DNA from: Malacoraja senta
Taxonomy: Eukaryota
Length of the DNA stretch: 64,000 bases
NCBI GenBank assembly: GCA_038087875.1
Contig: CM075989.1
Span: forward strand, 20,276,001 to 20,340,000
Direction: 5' to 3'
Position numbers and translations under genes: made by a program. Below, one piece after another: positions 1 to 12,999 of this stretch (the stretch's first letter is position 1; every line of letters starts with the position of its first letter). The notes under the pieces were generated by a model, which worked only from the letters and a program-made list of their open reading frames with translations, had not been told where the DNA came from and did not search any database.

Positions 1-243
1 GGAGTTGGAGTTGAGCAACTCCCTGACTTAAAAGATGGGTATGCCACCGCTGAGCCACAATGATATCTTAGCTACTATCCGTCCTTCCTCTACAAGGTGT
101 CTATTTTATACAACTATGATCAAAAGTGGACATATCTGCTTTCACAAACATTTGGATAAATGCCAAGGTAGACTTACTACATTCCAAAATTGGAATTAAA
201 AAAAAAAAAGATAGACTCTGGAAAAATAATTGCTTTGCCTTAC

Positions 244-334
244 CTGAATTCCTTTAAATCCGCAAAGAAAGTAGTATTGCCAAAGAGGTTTAGTTGTGTC
301 AATGTGGATCTTGTTTATATGAACACTATAATCC
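244..334 (-). CDS. GALK2: N-acetylgalactosamine kinase, coding exon 4 ([30 protein letters not shown]); gene continues beyond the left edge
   Basis: 91-nt exon bounded on the minus strand by ctgcag acceptor and gtaag donor. Translation matches GALK2 (IDxTKPLWxxYFLCGxKGIQ) and the phase fits exon 3. Confidence 0.95.
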
Positions 335-3300
335 CTGCAGAAATAAAGATCATTGTTGAAGTGTATTCTAAAGAATAGCTAACTGCTGCCACCTGTTGGC
401 TGGAAGCAAAGGTCACTAACAAACATGTCATTGTTCAAATCACAAATGCAGTAAAACTGTTAAGCCAGCACACTTGGGGCTTTGCTGGTGCTAGACTGGC
501 AGATTTTCCAGTGTTTGGGATATAATTCCAATCAATATTGCAGCACACATTTAATGAAAAAATGTTTTAAGATAGTATCATAGCTATTCCAGTGAACCAC
601 GTACATTTCAAGGGCAAAGGACACAAAGTGCTGGAGTAACTCAGCAGGTCAGGCAGCATCTCTGGCAAACATGGATAGGTGTCGAGATGCATTGTCTCCA
701 GAGATGCCACCTGACCGGCTGAGTTACTCCAGCACTTCATGTCTTTTTATGTATTAACCAGCATCTGCAGTTTCTAAATTTCAAGGAAACATGAGAACCA
801 GGATTTCACTGATTTGAGAGGAACGACTGGAACCAGGGTCCCATTAATTCACAGGAAAGGTAGGCATCAGCACTTGACAAGATAGATGCTAAACAATTGA
901 GATCTCTAAATTGTGTAGTATATTAACAGTGTTGCACTATAAATCCATTTAGTGGATCACTAGCCCAATAATCTAAAACAGTTAACAATTTAAAAGTTAT
1001 TGCACATTTTAAAATTAAAATAAAATTAAAACTATAGTCATATTATCAGGCAGCCATACGAGCCTTAAATTATCAACTTGATAGAAATATTTTAAGTAAT
1101 GGCTGTTTACTATAATTTATTATACTAAGTAATGAGTAACAGTTTTTTTTTAAAATAATTTCAATAAATGTTGAAATGGGGGTTTAACAATTAGAATTCC
1201 CCTATAGCCAAAAGGTCCTAAATATTTTCCAGATTCTTCAAGAGAAGAGAAAACATGCATCCAGTCTATTCTCCCTATATATACTCGGACAGGTCTGGAG
1301 GGTCAGAATCAAAACATTTCTAATCATCACACTGAGATTCAACTCTTCCTCACAAGAGGACTAATATGAAAGGGGAATCTGCAAGGTGCAGGTCATTATT
1401 TTCAATAATGCTAGATTTATTGCCCTTTTTTATCTATCTACAAACAAAAGCCTACCATACAATGAGCATATCATCTACTTCTTTAGAGGAATCACATCTC
1501 CAAATGATCAAACCAAGAACTAATAATGTTGACTTCTTCAAGCTGCTAACACCTCACATTACATCAAATAGCCACTTCACTAAATGCGAATGGGTCAAAA
1601 AGGATGAAAACAAAGCACAAAATCTTTGATCTTGAAAGCATTTTCTCCCAGAGAGTCATGACTATTTGGAAGACAGTGTGAAAACACTGTTTCTAAATAT
1701 TCCTATGGTAGACACAAAATGCTGGAGTAACTCAGTAGGTCAGGTAGCATTTCTGGAGAAAAGGCGTAGGTGACGTTTCAGACAGAAGAAGAGTTCCGAC
1801 CTGAAACGTCACTTATTCCTTTTATCCAGAGATGCTGCCTGACCCGCTGAATTACAGGTATTCCAGCATTTTGTGTCTATCCTTGATGTAAACCAGTTCC
1901 TTCCTACACATTTTCCTATGGTAGAGATGGATAGATATGGTAAATTATGGGAGAGGGAAGTAAATGGTAGAGATGGAAGCAAAAGGAAAATTCACGTCAG
2001 TTTAGACATCATCTTATAACAGAACAGACATGAGTGGCCAACTGGCATACTCCTGCTTCGTTAGTGTATTTGTTTATACAACAAATTGAAATTATTGACC
2101 TGAATGATCAGAGAAAGCAGCCAGATCCCCGATTTATCAGCATTCCCAAAGGACAGCACCTCAGTGAATATATAATTCCTCTCAATATTGTACAAATTAC
2201 AGTTCTGCAAGTATTACAATGGGACGACATGACAGACAAACAATATTGACCAGAAAATTATGTTTCTAGAACAGAAATATCTCCATTCACAAGTTACCAC
2301 TACACAGTGGCTTTTCTAATATCTGCATTGATTTTTTGGTAATTCTTTTAATGTTAAATCAAAACATTTATGATATTAAAAAAAAACTAATTTTAGTAAA
2401 CATAGCCCTGATAATTTTGCCCATGTAAATGGTTGTTTAATGTTATAAAAAGTCTCCTCCCTCTTCTGTATAGGATTTCATTTAAAAATGTCATCTAAAC
2501 TTGATGTTGGTCCATAACTTGTTAAACTTGAAACTGAAAGTCAGTGTCAAAGTTTCAATGCGATCACTTAGCTCTGCAGGAATTACTATAACTCAAGTGA
2601 AATCAGACACCATTGTTACTAATGAAATGAGTCATGAGTGTGGAGTGTAGAAATAAATTATTTTTTTTAGTGTACAATCTGAACCTCAATCAAAATCTGG
2701 AGCATATGGTGGTGGTGGTTGAAATAATGTTTGTATTAGCTTGTGATGGTTTTGCAAGGGTCAGAATGACATTTGTGAGAACATTTGTTGTTGACAGCTG
2801 CAGTGAGGCAGTACAATAAGGTCCATAATTCGGTAATCCAGCAGCTGGGAAAATTGCACTTCAGAAGATTTAATTTTAAATCACTTGACCTGTTCCTTGA
2901 AGCAGTCGTATATATATTTAGAAAGTTGAAGGGCCCACTTAGAAAGTTGACGTTCTCCCACAGTCAACATTAAACGTACTGCTTGCTGGTGCCTCATAAA
3001 TGGCAACAAGTCCATAAACTTGATACACGAGTTGGGTTGAGAGCCCCGTCACGCAAAAGCTGGAGTAGGGAAGAAACAACTATGAAGATGTTCAGAAAAG
3101 GTTTAGATGATTTCTACACCCTACCTCATTTGAATGTCCTCCTAATTTCTGCTTAAAGCTCACTGGGATGATGGTGGTGGGGGGGGGGGGGGGGGGGGGG
3201 AGAGGAGACTGGTCGCTGCGGGTTTCTAGTAAGTACCTAAGCGAATAACACTCATTGAGGTAAATGTGGCCTCCTCCTGACAGTTGTGCTTGAAGAAGTG

Positions 3301-5756
3301 GGGCGAGGACGGGAGAGAGGAAAAAAAAAATCCAAATTAGTCCTGTAAACTAGTCTGTCCCCCCAAGCCTACAATAAAACTTGCCACTAACTTTAGTTGA
3401 CAGCTCAGGACTTGGACATTTATGCATTTTACAATTACAAGACTTTTGGGATCTGAATTATATTATTGAACCATGATATTTAAATATTTGGGGATGCCTT
3501 GCATATAGCAGGCGTCTTGACACTTCTGAAAATAAAGTGAAAATAGTGAACACAACAGGTGACTAAATGTCACACAGGTCCAGTTAAAGTTAGTGCTGTC
3601 AGGTGGCATCCTTAATCACTTACACACATTGATTTAATTTTACTTTAAAATATGCATAAAAGCAGATATCAATATCACTGTCATCATCTTTGTCAATGCC
3701 CATTGCAATAATTTTGTATTTAGGAACTACTTTAGTAAAAAATTATTCCAGAAGAAATGGACATGTTACTTCCCTTTGATTAACATAGAACAGTACAGCA
3801 CAGGAATAGGCCCTTCGATCCACAATGTCTATGCGGAACATGATGTCAAAACCAACACTTATCTGTCTGCACATAATCCAGATCCCTCCATTCCCTGCAT
3901 TGGGAATTGCCTATTCAGAAGTCTGTCATATGTTATTTTCATAGCTGCCTGCACCACCATCCCCAGCAGTGTGTTCCAGGCCCTTATCACTCTCTGTGTA
4001 AAAACTTGCCCTGAACATCTCCTTTAAACTTTCCTCCTCACATCTTAAAGCTATGCCCTCTAGTATTTGATTGTTCCATCCTGGGAATGAAAGACTTGGA
4101 AGTTCGATACTTAGGTTAAGATACCAGTATTTTATCTATTTTCAATCTGAATCCAAACAAAAGTTTTCAAACAAAGTCAAAAGGTTTTCGACTGCTCCTA
4201 CTCTAATTTGCTTCTAGTAGACAAGATATGAGCAACTTCCTCTTACGGGCAATAATAAAAGTAGGAGATGGGCACTTAGACCCAGCACAGTAAGTCATAA
4301 GGTCAAGTAATAGGAGTAAAATTAGGCCATTTGGCCCATCAAGTCTACTCTGCCTTTCAAACTAGGCTGATCTATCTCTCCCTCCTAACCCATTTCTCCT
4401 GCCTTCTCCCCATAACCTCTGACACCTGTACTTTCGAAAGTATTTTCTAAATAACCTTAAGTGCCCCAAACATAATCACCAACTGCAACCATTACCTCAT
4501 TCAGTGATCAAATTGGAATTCCCATCTATATTTCTTAATTCTTGATCTATTCCCCCCCTACTGCCCAGTATCCCCATATTAATACAATTGATATACTGCT
4601 GTTACTTTTCATGCATTTTATAGCTTGGCCTGTATCTCAAGCTTGCCAAATCTGAAATGCACAATTAGGAAATTCATTAGTTCGCAATTTTTCAATTGTG
4701 CAATTTAGCATATGTTCTGAATCTAATTTAGCAGAAATACATCCAATGTGCAAAATATAATTTAAGTTGAAATTAAGCAAGTTGCAAATCAGAGAAAACT
4801 GGTGTATCTGTACTTCTAGAAAGAATACACCATATATTGTTATCTATGCTACTTTGGCTGGTAAACTGTAATATGAAATGGCTAAGCCCGAGTACCTATT
4901 ACAAACAACAAACGTAGGAGATGGGAACTTAGACCAAGCACAGCAAGTAGCTTGAACAATACATATGTTTTAAATAGCTTCAATAATATAAACTCGTTCC
5001 CACTTAAAATTTGAAATATAAATAATCCCCAAATAATTGCGTACTCGTAGCTAAAATGTATAAAAATTCAGGTTTCATCAACGTTTGCAGATAAGAGTTT
5101 GTCTTGGCATTATGTTCGGCACAGGCATTGTGGGGCCTGTTCCTTTGCAGTATTGTATTATTCTACGTTCTATTTTAATAAATCTTACTCTTTCTGAATC
5201 GGTCCTTAACATACCTTTCACCTCATCCCTCATCTTTATGAAGTATCATCGCTAATTTGCTTTTATTTTCCTCATGCCATGAAGAGTTTCCCACCAATTT
5301 CTTGGTCAGATGACTCATTCCTGGATACCTGTCAACTGATTTCTGTTACCCGACTTCTCAGCAATCTACAACAGCAACACAAAGTAGAAACAAGCAATTG
5401 CAGATGCTGGTTTACACCTGACCCACACTTTATGTCCTTTAGATCAACCCAAAGTAATCTGTCTCCAATTTTTCTTCCTCTTTATTTTTGGCATTTATTA
5501 GAAAAGCACAGCTTAGATCAGCAATACACCTCATTAAAAACGTACAGATTCAAACCAAGATCTTTATAACCCCATGGTGCACTCTGCTATAATTAAAATA
5601 CTTTAAATAAAATTAAATATTAACTTTAAACATAAGAATACAGAATTCAAATTTAACGCTGTCAAGACTTTTCAGTAAACACAAAGCCCCATTAAAAAAC
5701 TGGAATAAAAACTGCAAGAGTTCTTTCTTATTCCTGTTTCAAATTAAATTGCTCAC

Positions 5757-5880
5757 AGGTATACAGGATTAGTGTTTGCCAGCTGGATGATACTTGTTTG
5801 TGTTGGTGTGACAGCTGCCAAGATATCTTGTTCTAAAGCCATTGGAAGTACAGCGTAGCCACTGTAATCAATGTGTTCCC
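5757..5880 (-). CDS. GALK2: GALK2 coding exon 3 ([42 protein letters not shown])
   Basis: 124-nt exon with ttttgcag acceptor and gtgag donor. Contains the galactokinase-family GEHIDY motif. Confidence 0.97.
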
Positions 5881-8618
5881 CTGCAAAATATTTAAATGAC
5901 TAAAATTATACAAGCATTTCATAACAAAAAGATTACATAAATTAGGCTAATTAAATAATTTTAAGAACGCTTGTCAGATTTCAAGTAATATAGAAAGTGG
6001 GTATTTTCTATCCCACTTCCTGATAACAGACAACCAAGGTATAATATTCCACATTTATAGATCCTCCTATTCAAGTAGCCATTCTTTGGCATATTAGCTG
6101 ATCAGAGCCATTAGATTAATAAAATGTAGCTAGATCCTGTCCTCATGCATGTTTTTCAGCAACATCATGAGATAGCGATCAGATGGCTGTTTTGTGTCCT
6201 TCCCCCAAAGGATTGTGCATGTCAATTGGCAATTTACAATGTAGATTGAGATAATCTTTTTCACCACAAGGCAAGGATCTGGGTGCTTTGTAAAATTAAG
6301 CCATGATTACTGTTGCCCACTATGTAATTGTAGTAAAAAGGAAAGCTTTAACAACTTTAATTAACAACATTTGGGCCACAATCAAAGCACTGCATCTAAA
6401 GATCTAGTTTTCTAGTTCAAAGTGTTATCCTCACATGCTAACGATACTAGTTTTTAAATCATCCTCACTTAATTGCCTTTGCGGATTAGTTGTGTAACCA
6501 TCTGATTTTCATCTTTTCCAAGAAACAGAACACAATGCATATTTTATGCTGTTCCCAAAATCTGCCTTTAGTTCACAAGTTGGCCCTTAAAGAATCGATA
6601 GAATGCTGGAAGAACTCAGCAGGTCAAGCAGCATATGTGGAAACAAAAAGGTGTAATACTATTGATGCTGCTTGACACACCATGTTCTTCAAGCATTTTG
6701 TTTTTGTTCTCGACTCCAGCACCTGTAGTCTATTTTATTTAAAAGAATCCAAAGTACATTAATGTAAAACTAACATCTATCCAACTTTGGTTAATTCACA
6801 TATGAAATTTATCATCGCCAGTTTAAAGCTTAGCATAATTGACAAATTTAGGGAGTTCAATGCTTATTCCAGTTCCTGACCATGTATTCCAGGCTGATAT
6901 CTCCATGAGGTATTGAGTAAGAACTGCATAAAATGAGTTCATGCCTTTCAGATGAGATATTAAATTGAGGTCCCATCTACATGATATCCAAACCAGCATT
7001 TATCCCTGAACAAATATAACCAAATCATTCACCTTACTGCCATTTTCAAATGTATGTACAGTTATATTTCCCTGACATTATAACATTGAGCAACTACACT
7101 TCAAAGGCAATTAATTAGCTACACTAAGTTGTGGGATAATTAACAGTTACAGACAGATTCATGAATGATATTAATAACAATTTAAATCACACAATAACAT
7201 TGTCCATGTTTGTGGGCGCAACATTTAAATAAATGCACACCATGCATCAATAATAACTTTGCTGAGTACTAACTTTTTTTTTAAGCTACCGACAGCAACT
7301 ATTCCGATCAATTGCCATTAACTTTTGTTTAGTTTGGCTCACTGAGGTCTTTCCAAATAGTTCCTTTTCAGCAACACGTGTTGAGGATTAGATGAATTAC
7401 TGAATCTGACAAGTGACACAAAGAGTACAGTCCTGCCAATTGAAGCTAGTAGCAGGGGAAGTGACCACTATCCTTCTTGTGGCACTTTTCCACACAACTG
7501 CAGGAGGTACAGCAGCTGCCCTCCCATCTCATCCCTTCCCACCATCCAGGGACCCAACTGTCCTTCGGGGTGAAGCAGAAATTTGCTTGCACTACTTCCA
7601 ACTTGGGTTGTAGCGTTTAGCGCTCACAACCCGGTCTTTTCAGAACAGTCAAGCTGCATGTCATTTTAATTCTACATCCCACTCCCTCTCTGATCTCTCC
7701 ATATTTGACCTCTCACATTGTTATATTGAAGCCCAAGCCACACTCGAGGCACAAGTTCTCATCTTCCATCTAGGCACAGAACTCAGGACTCCATAATGAA
7801 TTCAATTATTTCTGATAATAAGACTTTATTGTTTATGCTTGAATTTCTACTCACCATAACCTTAACTCTGTTTCTCTCACTGCATAGTTGCTGCCTGACC
7901 TACTTAATATTTCCATTATTCTCTTCTATTTCATGTTTGAGGTAGCTAATGTGTTCCACATCTCAAGTCCAATCTTCCTTCATTGTTTTTCCTCTATCTT
8001 TTGTCCTCAATCATCTCCCTCATTTTACACTACTATCATATTTGGTATAATTGACAAGCCGTCACCACCCTCACTCTGACAGCACCAACAGTACAGTATT
8101 TGTATAACCTGGATTCTCCTGGTCTCTACTCATCACGGGCATTCCCTTTGTTCTCATCATCCCTCCCTCTCTCCTATCTTTTAGTTTGGTCCAGTAATAT
8201 CATACCACATGCAATATTTGCACGCCAATGCTTTTGCGTAACAAGCAAATCACAAGCATATTGAAAGAAATTAGTAACGTAGCCAATAAATTTTACTTAG
8301 TCATTCTCCTGCTTCAGAATAAATTTAAACATGATGCTATTGAATGCACAGGCGTCACTGAGGCAAATCTTGAAAATGACATTTTAAACTAATTTAAATT
8401 TGAAATACTTTTAATATTTATAAAACAGAATACAATGCTACTAATGGCTGTGGCAAAATTGTTACTCAAGGTTTATCAAGAGGTTGCACACATAGTACCA
8501 AAATGATGTTGAAGCTGATGGATACTTTTAACATGTGGCAAAATTGCAATTAAATATGAGATAATACATTTATTTATTTTTAAGTTGTTGATAGTTTATT
8601 CAATATTTATTCACATAC

Positions 8619-8707
8619 CAATTAAATTGACTCGACCAGGAGCCCGTGCATAAAATGCAGGTGGCATGCCATATTTAGATATAAAGGCATCTTTCAATTT
8701 TCTGAAC
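8619..8707 (-). CDS. GALK2: GALK2 coding exon 2 ([31 protein letters not shown])
   Basis: 89-nt exon with ttttttgcag acceptor and gtatgt donor. Carries the [10 protein letters not shown] signature and joins exon 3 in frame. Confidence 0.97.
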
Positions 8708-9164
8708 CTGCAAAAAAAGTAATAACAGAACATAAATTATTTTTGCAATGCTTAGGAGGCAGTAAAACACCCATCTTTATTTGATTTTCATGATGTTTTC
8801 AAACATATTAATATTAAATTATGAACTCAAAATAGGGGAAAAAGAAATCATAATAAGTCCATGCAGCGAAGCTCTAAGTAAAGAAACAAAATGGAATTTT
8901 CCAACAACACAGAAAAAGCTGGAATAATGTCAGCGGGTCAGGCACCATCTGTGGAAAGAGAGATAGTTCATGTTTCATGTTTGGGACTTTCACCAGAACT
9001 GAGGAAAAAGATAGACATGTTATTCTAGATCAGTGGTTCTTAACCTGGGAGTCGTGACCCCCCCCCCCATGGGGGTCATTTGGGTTTTTTCCGGGGGTCC
9101 TGAAAGGGTCATAAATAACATATCAATTTGTTGAGCCCATTTTTAGGAGCCTAGCAAAGGTAGG

Positions 9165-9377
9165 CCACGGATTTTGAACAATGCTTGTGAAGCCAAACTT
9201 GAGAAATGCTTCACTATGCGTGCGCTTCTTGGCAGACATGGTTCACAACACACACAGTATTTTGTTTACGTATGTGATTACGAACTGTGTGTGTTGTGAA
9301 CCATGTCTGCCAAGAAGCGCACGCATAGTGAAGCATTTCTCAAGTTTGGCTTCACAAGCATTGTTCAAAATCCGTGG
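9165..9377. repeat. Perfect 94-bp inverted repeat (arms 9165-9258 and 9284-9377, 25-bp spacer) inside the Buster element
   Basis: The left arm is the exact reverse complement of the right arm, which contains the transposase ATG. Confidence 0.95.
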
Positions 9378-11070
9378 TCAAGCCGCAATGTGTTTTAACA
9401 ATCTGTGCCAAAGTTTTGAGCCACGAGAACATGAAGCCCAGCAAACTGAAGATCCATTTGGAGTTTTGTCACAGCGACCTGGCGGGGAAGGGCGTGGACT
9501 ATTTAAAACGAAAAGAAGCTGCACTCAAGAGTTCCCGCATCGATTCGACGGGTCACTGCGCTCGTCAAAATGAAGCAGCGCTGGAGGCTTCATACCGGTT
9601 TGCTTATCAAATCGCACAGACCAAGAAACCTCACACCATCGGTGAAGAGCTTATCAAGCCATGCCTTCTGGAAGCAGCGAAGTTGGTGCTGGGGGAACAG
9701 CAGTCAAACAAATTTAGACAGATTTCCCTTTCGATTGACAGTCAAAAGTCGAATCTCAGATATGAGTAATGCTGCAAGTAGTGAGCACTGTGAAGAGCAG
9801 TCCAGTGTATTCACTGCAACTGGACGAGTCAACAGATGTTGCTTCATGTTCCCGACTGCTAGTCTACATTCGTTACCTCGACAGAGAAGCCATAAAGGAG
9901 TAGTACCTTTTCTCGAAGTCATTGGCCACTACCACTCGGGAAGATGTGTTCAGAATGCTGGAAGCCTTCCTCATCAAACATGAGCTTGACTGGGAACAAC
10001 CTGTCGGGGTGTGTACAGATGGGGCACCTTCCATGGTCTGATGCAGATCTAGCTTCAAAGCCTTCATGAAGGATGTCGCTCCCCATGTCTCCTTCACCCA
10101 CTGCATGATACATCGCCATGCTTTAGCAATGAAGACTCTCACTCTTGGTCTTCGTGAAGTGCTTTCAGATGTGGTGAAGATTGTGAACCACATCCGAGGG
10201 AGCGCAACAAACTCAAGAATCTTCAAAGCGATGTGTGAAGAAATGGGCCCCGATTTCACTGTTCTGATATTCCACACAGAGGTGTGCTGGCTTTCGCCTA
10301 GTAAAGTTCTCAATCGTGTGATTCAACTTCGAGAGGAAATAGCGCTGTTCTTGGAGAGAGGGTGTACCGAGAAGGAGAATCAGCTTCATGAACTGTTCGT
10401 GATGAAGGTTGCTTACTTGGCTGACTTCTTTGCCGAGGTGAATTCCTTGAACCTGTCACTTCAAGGAAACCTCCCAATGCTACACACAGCCCGTGACAAA
10501 GTGGCAGCGTTCAGGAGAAAGATTCACCTTTACCAGAGAAGAGTCCAGGACGGTGACACGACTATCTTCCCTGAGCAGACGACTCTCCTGGACGCTACGC
10601 CAGATGCTGAATGCCACTTCCACGAGGAGATCTCAACCCACCTTCTGGCAATTAGTGATGCCATCGAACGTTACTTCCCCGGACTGGACGAACCCTCGCG
10701 TGATGAGTGGATCGTCCGACCCTTTTCCGTTGAAGACGGTGCCATCAACAAAACTGACATGGCTGCGAAGGTTGAATTTTACCGAATTCGTGAAGATGCG
10801 CAGCTCAAGAGTGACTTCATGGAACAAGAGCTCGCCACGTTTTGGCTGAAAGTGAAGGACTGTCCTGTCCTTTCGAAGAGGGCCCTGACCCAATTGGTCC
10901 CGTCCCCTTCAACCTATCGCTGTGAGGCTGGATTCTCAACCATGTTAACTCTGAAAGCGAAGGCACGCAATAGGCTTGTGATCGGCGCTGACGTGAGGTG
11001 TGGCCTGTCAAGCATTCGTCCTCGTTTTGATCGCCTAATGGCTGCAAAGCAATTTCAGCCATCCCATTGA
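9303..11070 (+). pseudogene. Disrupted Buster-type hAT transposase
   Basis: Start MSAKKRTHSEAFLKFGF; BED-like PQC...C...MKPSKLKIHL...[53 protein letters not shown]. Frameshifts near 9370 and 9740 and in-frame stops near 9901 and 10040. The C-terminal 334 aa are open (10066-11070). Confidence 0.92.
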
Positions 11071-11751
11071 CTGAGTATTGGCAGACATGTTTTAATAAAT
11101 CGGGCTGTTTTTTTCAATTTTTGTTTCGGGGGTCACGGTACTGACCAAGAATGTCTGATGGGGTCATGGGGCCAAAAAGGTTAAGAATCACTGTTCTAGA
11201 TAGTGGCAAATATGGGAGAGGGCAATAGGTAGAATAAAGGGAATTGCCCTATAAGGTGTCTGACACTTTAATTTGCCATTCACTTTCACTCCAATCTCTG
11301 TCTGTGGTCTCCTCCACTGTTACAATGAGACCCAAATCAAGCTCAAAACACGATGCCTTAACTTTTACCTGCACATATTGCTATTTCTCTAATTTCTTCC
11401 ATTTTTCACTCATTCTTCTTATTTGCATCAGGATCAGACATTTTTACCTGTCATCTCTTTTCTCCTTTTTATAAATCAGACTATACAAACATGTTGCTCA
11501 GACAAAGAAGCTTATCCATCCCCTATTTGCCATTGTTTCCACCATAATCAGAGATATTCCCTTTGTTCCACTGATTGGCCTCCCTTACCTTCTCTACTAC
11601 CTGGGATAATTTATTTCACCATGTCTGAGTCCCGATGAAAGAACCCAGAACTGAAACATTAACTGTTTCTCTTTTCACTGGTGCTGCCTGACCTGCTGAG
11701 TATTTACAGTTTGACAATATTTCTATTTACAGCATTTATTTTCTGTTTCTT

Positions 11752-12050
11752 AGGGTGGCAAAGTGGCGCTGCTGCCTCACATCGCCAGAGACCTAGTTTG
11801 ATCCTGACCACAAAGGCTGTCTGTAATGAGTTTGCGTGTTTTCCCTGTGAGTTTTCTCCCGCTGTTCCTGTTTCCTCCCACATCCCCAAAATGTGCAGGT
11901 TTGTAGGTTAATTGACCTCAGTAAATCCCTCACTAAGTGCGCGAGAAGGTAATAAGAAATTGCGATAACATAGAATTAGTGTAAATGGGCGATCAATGGT
12001 TAGTGTGGACTCTGTGTGCCAAAGGGCCTGTTTTTACGCTGTTTCGGTTA
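11752..12050 (+). mobile_element. tRNA-derived V-SINE (HE1-like), diverged copy
   Basis: B-box-like gtttgatcc, V-domain core ggtttcctcccacatcccaaa and LINE-like tail gggcctgttt. Confidence 0.75.
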
Positions 12051-12547
12051 ACAAAACTAACTTTCAGATATGCAGCATTTGTTTTTATTTGATTTCAAGG
12101 AATTTACCACTTTAATTGTCAGGATTTCTTTTGTAGATTTATACCTACAAAGTAGTGTGCAATATTTACTTTGCTTTAAGTCATTGCAGTTATTGTTGCT
12201 ATTACAATATATTTGGTGGAACATCAGGCAGCACGACAAAATTGCTCAAAGTTGTGACTTTCTAGAAGTGTATAAATTGAAAAGAGTTTTGATCATCCTT
12301 GAAAAGACAACCTTTCAGAACGTTTGACTGGGGGGGCGTGAGAAAATTCTCATGAAAAATGGCAATGGTAACATTTCAACTAAATGGCATCTTTTTAAGG
12401 AAGAACACAAAGTGCTGGAGTAACTCAGTGGGTCATGCAGAACATATATAGGTGACGTTTCAGCTCAAGACCCTTCTTCCTTGCAGATGCAAAATGCAGA
12501 ATTAAATACAGCACAGCAACTGGCCTTTCAGTCCAAATGCTGTAAGC

Positions 12548-12781
12548 CAGGGGTTCCCAACCTTTTTCGGCCTGTTTACCCCTGGCAACTTTAATAGCCC
12601 ATAACAATGTTCTTCCACTTATTTATGAACAACTAATGATGAACAGATACCGGTATATCAGAACCAAACACATTCAGTCAATGAGAAAAAATATGTACAA
12701 ATCCAGAATCAACAAATTTACCCCCTTGGTAGGCAAAATTTACTTCCTGGGGGTAAATTTACCCCAGGTTGGGAACCCTTG
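12548..12781. mobile_element. Non-autonomous hAT (Charlie/Buster-type) MITE, 234 bp
   Basis: TIRs CAGGGGTTCCCAACC and GGTTGGGAACCCTTG. 8-bp TSD CTGTAAGC / CTATAAGC (1 mismatch). Subterminal tttacccc repeats. Confidence 0.88.
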
Positions 12782-12999
12782 CTATAAGCCATTGTTTATT
12801 TTCTGCATTATGCTTCTTGCACGCCTGATAACCGTGCCCTTTCTAGACATTCTTAACTTTTACTCACTCTCGCTTTGACTAGTTTCCTTTTAAATTGTTT
12901 CTGTTTCCTGGCTCTAACATTCTCCCTTCTCTTGGACTCCCCCTGCTGGCCTTCAAATCTCTTTGGGCCTTTTTTATTTCCAACTGCCAGTGTGACATC

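Larger units (their letters stand above)
9031..11193 (+). mobile_element. hAT superfamily (Buster/Charlie-type) DNA transposon with both ends, 2163 bp, in GALK2 intron 1
   Basis: TIRs CAGTGGTTCTTAACC and GGTTAAGAATCACTG (1 mismatch). Perfect 8-bp TSD TTCTAGAT at 9023-9030 and 11194-11201, the typical Buster/Charlie target. Internal transposase present. Confidence 0.95.

Noticed and set aside
2950..3340. Mildly CpG-containing patch with a poly-G run and a gtaagt in GALK2 intron 3 as a possible promoter or exon
   Set aside because: Too little evidence: no ORF, no clear motif cluster, and conservation cannot be tested here.
4260..4950. Two ~35-bp direct repeats (gtaggagatggg.acttagacc.agcacag) about 650 bp apart
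   Set aside because: Too short and diverged to call LTRs, with no internal retroviral features; probably a local duplication.
10066..11070. 334-aa ORF as a domesticated ZBED/SCAND3-like host gene
   Set aside because: It lies within TIRs and a TSD, and the upstream BED and first catalytic regions carry stops and frameshifts, so it is a decaying transposase.
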